Assembly: GCA_041663165.1 (NCBI GenBank)
Contig: JBAZRF010000005.1
Location: 502-64,501 of the forward strand
Direction: 5' to 3'
DNA: 64,000 bases
Origin: Minisyncoccota bacterium
GTDB lineage: Bacteria; Patescibacteriota; Minisyncoccia; Phycocordibacterales; XYD1-FULL-46-19
The notes beneath the pieces were generated by a model. The model had not been told where the DNA came from, did not search any database, and saw only the letters and a program-made list of their open reading frames with translations. Below are positions 60,252-64,000 of this stretch, piece after piece (the first letter of the stretch is position 1; every line of letters starts with the position of its first letter). Made by a program: the position numbers and the translations under genes.

Positions 60252-60527
60252 GTGAAGAACCTGGTTATCGTAGTTTTGGTTATATTGGTGTCGGCGTTGG
60301 TACTAGCTCTCGGGTGGACTTCATGTCCACTTCGTGTGCCAGTGCCAGCGGTGACGGTGCCAACAGTGTTGACGGCGGCTCCGATTTCCATTGGCGAAAA
60401 ACCGGTCTCCGGACCGGTAGCAGTAACGACTAAGGCGCCTGTCGCGCCAGAGTCGGAAACGGATCGAGTGCTCAAGGAGTTGGGCTTCCGTCCGTCGAAT
60501 CAACTCAGCAAGATCACAGTGAAGTAA
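60252..60527 (+). CDS. Small exported or membrane-anchored Pro/Thr/Val-rich protein
   Basis: SD AAGGAGG, GTG start, hydrophobic N-terminus. Confidence 0.55.
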   Translation: MKNLVIVVLVILVSALVLALGWTSCPLRVPVPAVTVPTVLTAAPISIGEKPVSGPVAVTTKAPVAPESETDRVLKELGFRPSNQLSKITVK

Positions 60528-60547
60528 ACAGCGAGGAGAAGACCGAA

Positions 60548-61693
60548 ATGAAGAAGACAGTGGTGTTGGGTGTGGCGATGTTTGCGTTGTTGTTGTGCGG
60601 TGTGGGTTGGGCTCAGACGAGCACGGTTCCGACGGAATCGACGGCTGTTACGCCCGTGGTGGCCAGTTCGGGGAACAGCGAGGCGATTGCCCGCGCGTTC
60701 CTGTCGAAGGATGTGACCAGTTATTACGGCTGGCTCAACTTCTTGCGCGTGTCCGTCGCGGGCGGTTCGCAATGGGTGTCGGGGAGTTTCGAGATGACGA
60801 AAGACGGCTGGATAAGCAGTCTCGTCATTGATGGAACAATCGTGCCCTTGCCCGACGGCGAACCGTTTGCCGGGTTGCCGATTAACCAGGCCGGAAGCGC
60901 GACACAATTCAGCGTTAGCTTGAGCGGCGTGGATGCCGGAGGCCGGTACGTGGTCAACGGCAGTTTCTACACGTCTCTGCTGTCACCGGGCGATCCCATC
61001 GTGATTGTCTTGCATCCAAACAACGAGGACCGGTTCATCCCGTACACCGTTCCGGCGGGGGTTGATCCGAGTAATCTGCGGATCCGGACGCAAGACGGAA
61101 ACATTTGGACCTACGATTCGACACGTGATGGATTTGATCTGTGGGTTGACCCGGCCTATCCCAGTATGACGTACGAGATTTTCGACGTTTCAACTGGGGC
61201 GATCTACTCACGCGGGGTGATCGATGACAACGGCATCGACGGTTCGGCTGGCGAGAACATCATCAGCACGACCTATGCGGGTGTCTCGGCCATGTTGATG
61301 GATCCCCTGAAGTTCTGGGACAATATCCAGTCGACGACGCTCGACAACTCGGTCGAGCGCGACGGCAGGTTTGTGCCGGCCAAGGTCGTCATGGCTCGGG
61401 CCTATGGCCAAGCGATAACGATCCAAGTAAACGATCTCCCTGGCGATGGGCTTGTTGAAGTTCGGGCCTGGACGCCGTTCGGGCAGGAGATGCCCGTCAT
61501 CTCCTCAACTCTTGCCGTGTATGTGGCTCCCGAGGACGGTGGCCGAGGCAAGGCCTATGCTGGAGGCGGTTACTATTACGCCAACCTCAATACGCCGGTA
61601 GGCTATGATCGCCTGGTGATTACTATTACCGGCACGGCCGATGGACAGCCCTTCGACGTCTACCTCTCACGGGGTGGCGGCGGCAAGGGCTGA
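60548..61693 (+). CDS. Secreted beta-rich hypothetical protein
   Basis: Signal peptide 'GWA/Q'; GC-richer than core genes; terminator at ~61737-61776. Confidence 0.7.
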   Translation: MKKTVVLGVAMFALLLCGVGWAQTSTVPTESTAVTPVVASSGNSEAIARAFLSKDVTSYYGWLNFLRVSVAGGSQWVSGSFEMTKDGWISSLVIDGTIVPLPDGEPFAGLPINQAGSATQFSVSLSGVDAGGRYVVNGSFYTSLLSPGDPIVIVLHPNNEDRFIPYTVPAGVDPSNLRIRTQDGNIWTYDSTRDGFDLWVDPAYPSMTYEIFDVSTGAIYSRGVIDDNGIDGSAGENIISTTYAGVSAMLMDPLKFWDNIQSTTLDNSVERDGRFVPAKVVMARAYGQAITIQVNDLPGDGLVEVRAWTPFGQEMPVISSTLAVYVAPEDGGRGKAYAGGGYYYANLNTPVGYDRLVITITGTADGQPFDVYLSRGGGGKG

Positions 61694-61836
61694 TCACCCT
61701 GAACGATCGAGTAGTTAACTTCCTTCAACCTTAACCCAACCCGTGGCGCGTTTCGTGCCGCGGGTTGCTTTTTTTATAAAAATCAGTTATATTTACAGGG
61801 CTAAACCCCTCGACAAGCTCGGGGCAAGTAAAAGTT

Positions 61837-61995
61837 ATGTCGCAAGATTTCTTAATCAAATTGGCTTGCAAGAACTGCAAGCGCATCAATTACTGGAGCC
61901 GAAAAAACCGCAAGAAGGTTGAACGCAAAATCGACCTCAAGAAATATTGTCGTTGGTGCAAAAAGCATACCCAGCACGTCGAAGTCAAAAAATAG
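61837..61995 (+). CDS. rpmG: Ribosomal protein bL33 (zinc-ribbon type; missed by the ORF track)
   Basis: MSQDFLIKLACKNCKRINYWSRKNRKKVERKIDLKKYCRWCKKHTQHVEVKK. Confidence 0.95.
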   Translation: MSQDFLIKLACKNCKRINYWSRKNRKKVERKIDLKKYCRWCKKHTQHVEVKK

Positions 61996-62089
61996 GACGG
62001 GTTTTGGCCCGTCTGGGCGCCAAGAAGAGCATTGTTACTTGGTTTGTTACCGGGCTTTTTTTGTGTATAATTTATTTGTCAGAAGGTCT

Positions 62090-62160
62090 GGGCCTATAGT
62101 TCAATGGTAGAACGATGGTCTCCAAAACCATTAATCGAGGTTCGAGTCCTCGTGGGCCCG
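62090..62160 (+). tRNA. tRNA-Trp(CCA)
   Basis: GGGCCTA TAGTTCAATGGTAGAAC..CCA..GGTTCGAGTCC..TGGGCCCG. Confidence 0.93.
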
Positions 62161-62161
62161 C

Positions 62162-62296
62162 AGTGAACGTTAGTGAACAAGAGAGGCCACGAGGACTCGA
62201 GCCAGAGGTGGGATCGGGAGGACTGGGTGTCCTCCCGTGGAGGAAATTATTCAAAACCGTGGGTTTTGAAAATCGTGAGATTCCTCGTGGGCCCGC
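62162..62296 (+). other. Structured tRNA-3'-associated element with inverted and direct copies of the tRNA 3' end
   Basis: 62187-62200 is the reverse complement of 62142-62155; 62282-62296 equals 62147-62161; two internal hairpins. Confidence 0.75.
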
Positions 62297-62302
62297 TGTC
62301 GC

Positions 62303-63196
62303 TTAGGCTTCGACGGGTAAATCTGTCCAGAGTTTGATCCACTTAATTCGTTTGTCTCTTTTAAACCAGGTCATTTGGCGTTTGGAGTATTTAATGATCT
62401 CTTTTTCGAGTTGCTCAATCATCTTCGGCTTGGTGATTTTGCCCTGCAAAAAACGGGCGAGACAGCGGTATTCTAAACCTAATTCTTCCATTCGCTTCCA
62501 ACCCAAGCCTTGTCGGTGTAGTTTCTTAACTTCAGCTATCATCCCGTGTTCTAGCCTCTCGATTAATCTTTTATGAATTTTTTTATTTAATTCTTCTTGA
62601 TCGATCCTTATGCCGATAATTTCAAAATTATAAGGGGCTTGCCCTTCGTAGCCTTGGCGAAGAAGGGGCACCCTTCCCAATTCTTTTGCGATCTCAATTG
62701 CCCTAATCAAACGCACCGGGTTCTTGCTGTCAATTTCTCTGGCTCGTCTCGGATCTAACTTTTTTAACATCGCGAAAAGTTCGCTTGGAGGTGTCGCCTC
62801 CAAGTTGGCCCGCAGTTTTTTATCTGGCGCAACTTCCGGTAAAACCAAGTCATCGACTACCGCTTGAACATAAAAACCGGTTCCGCCGACAATAATTGGC
62901 GTATGACCGCGAGCGATAATTTCTTTAATTTTTTGCTCGGTGATTCTTTTAAAATCGGCCACCGTAAAAACCTTTTTCGGGTCAGCCACATCAAGCAGAT
63001 GATGAGGAATACCGGCCATCTCTTTTTTGGTTACCTTGCCAGTGCCAATATTTAGGCCTCTATAGACCTGCCTTGAATCAGCGCTGATAATCTCACCATT
63101 TAACTTCCTGGCGAGCTTAATTGACAAAGCCGTCTTGCCTGACGCGGTTGGGCCAACGACGACGATAATCTTTAATTTTTCCCATTTTGGAGCCAT
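62303..63196 (-). CDS. miaA: tRNA dimethylallyltransferase
   Basis: 'GPTASGKT', 'ISADSRQVY', 'VGGTGFY', 'KRQMTWF'. Confidence 0.95.
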   Translation of the reverse strand: MAPKWEKLKIIVVVGPTASGKTALSIKLARKLNGEIISADSRQVYRGLNIGTGKVTKKEMAGIPHHLLDVADPKKVFTVADFKRITEQKIKEIIARGHTPIIVGGTGFYVQAVVDDLVLPEVAPDKKLRANLEATPPSELFAMLKKLDPRRAREIDSKNPVRLIRAIEIAKELGRVPLLRQGYEGQAPYNFEIIGIRIDQEELNKKIHKRLIERLEHGMIAEVKKLHRQGLGWKRMEELGLEYRCLARFLQGKITKPKMIEQLEKEIIKYSKRQMTWFKRDKRIKWIKLWTDLPVEA

Positions 63197-63289
63197 ACTT
63201 TATCAAGTTGATTCTACTCTTATAGGTGTTAGAATGTAAACAGGCTAATTGTTAGCTTTTTATTACTAAAATCTTTTTAAATAAAATTT

Positions 63290-63811
63290 ATGGAAGAAGC
63301 AATTGTCCCGGGAAGCGGATCTGTTCAAGAGGTTAGTCTCAACACTGAGCAGCAGGCAGCCTTCGATAGTGTTATGGCTAAGGAGGGTCTAGAGTATTAC
63401 GCCGAAGAGCTTAGGACTGTTTTAGCTACGGCCGAGACAGTACCGTTGCCAGTAGATCTAACCGCTGATGGTGCCAAATACTATGGGGCCAAATGGCGTT
63501 GGCTGCCGCTACCCCCAGAGCGTGATGCCCTTGTTCAGGCCAGCCGAAATACCGCACTCGTCCTTCCTCGTCGGCCAGGAGATGCAAATTTTGCCCTTTT
63601 CCACAGCCTTGGCGTCTTAGATGCTTACCAAAATGATCAGCCATATACCTATGAAGAAAAAGGTCCTACTAAAGGGACACCGGTTCCTGGCTTTGATCGA
63701 AAAATTACCGGGCCAGGTTTTAATGACCAAGAGGTAAAAACATTTGCCTTAAGTATCGCTAAGTTCTTAGGATTGAAGGATCTGACAGATCCCGAAAGGC
63801 TTTACGGGTAA
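63290..63811 (+). CDS. Hypothetical protein
   Basis: 173-aa ORF filling the gap; no recognisable motif. Confidence 0.55.
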   Translation: MEEAIVPGSGSVQEVSLNTEQQAAFDSVMAKEGLEYYAEELRTVLATAETVPLPVDLTADGAKYYGAKWRWLPLPPERDALVQASRNTALVLPRRPGDANFALFHSLGVLDAYQNDQPYTYEEKGPTKGTPVPGFDRKITGPGFNDQEVKTFALSIAKFLGLKDLTDPERLYG

Positions 63812-63838
63812 TCAGAATCTGATAATTTTCCCTAAATT

Positions 63839-63923
63839 TGGTGCCGGAGGAGGGACTTGAACCCACACATCTTGCGATACACGATTTTGAGTCGTGCGCG
63901 TCTACCAATTCCGCCACTCCGGC
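63839..63923 (-). tRNA. tRNA-Leu(CAA)
   Basis: GCCGGAGTGGCGGAATTGGTAGACGCG..CAA..GGTTCAAGT..GGCACCA. Confidence 0.95.
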
Positions 63924-64000
63924 TTAAGCTCTATTTTACCCAAATTTTGTCAAAAAGCAATTTGTGTTAAAATGGCAACATGTCAGGCAACTACGAAGAT

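Noticed and set aside
62090-62160. Genetic code reassignment (UGA read as Gly or Trp)
   Set aside because: The anticodon is the standard CCA, conserved genes translate fully in code 11, and TGA ends genes such as rbfA.
284-63644. Many short ORFs in the track overlapping well-supported genes
   Set aside because: Antisense or alternative-frame shadows with no motifs, including those lying over rnpB, tRNAs and the 6S candidate.
1-64000. CRISPR array, cas genes, rRNA or prophage
   Set aside because: No regularly spaced repeats, rRNA motifs, or capsid, terminase or integrase genes were recognised.

Overview
64-kb chromosomal window from a small-genome bacterium. Gene content and order point to Patescibacteria/CPR, Parcubacteria-like (inference): DUF5663-, DUF4446- and RNHCP-like genes, a tandem VirB2/TrbC-like pilin array, compact infB and valS, and many apparently leaderless genes. 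The core is housekeeping: nrdJ, rnpB, murJ, lepA, rarA, valS, tsaD, trxB, ftsZ/ftsA, ybeY, rpsU, hisS, lepB, pth, rpsA, gyrA, rbfA/infB, a cysteine desulfurase, sod, clpB, rpmG, miaA and 13 tRNAs. The most notable signals are these. (1) A RAYT-type HUH transposase is flanked by, and internally carries, a ~25-bp palindrome. The same palindrome also sits in-frame inside tsaD as an inverted doublet, and as a covarying variant inside miaA. Other short palindrome families sit in-frame in the cysteine desulfurase, trxB and miaA, and inside RNase P RNA. (2) A 135-bp structured element after tRNA-Trp contains both an inverted and a direct copy of the tRNA 3' end. (3) Two unrelated endonuclease-like genes end at or inside the 5' end of a tRNA. 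(4) A full-length but degenerate DnaA paralog has DnaA boxes upstream. (5) Two pilins share 101 identical bp. (6) Several promoter-terminator units lack an ORF and are candidate ncRNAs, one resembling 6S. All calls were made by eye, without database searches.
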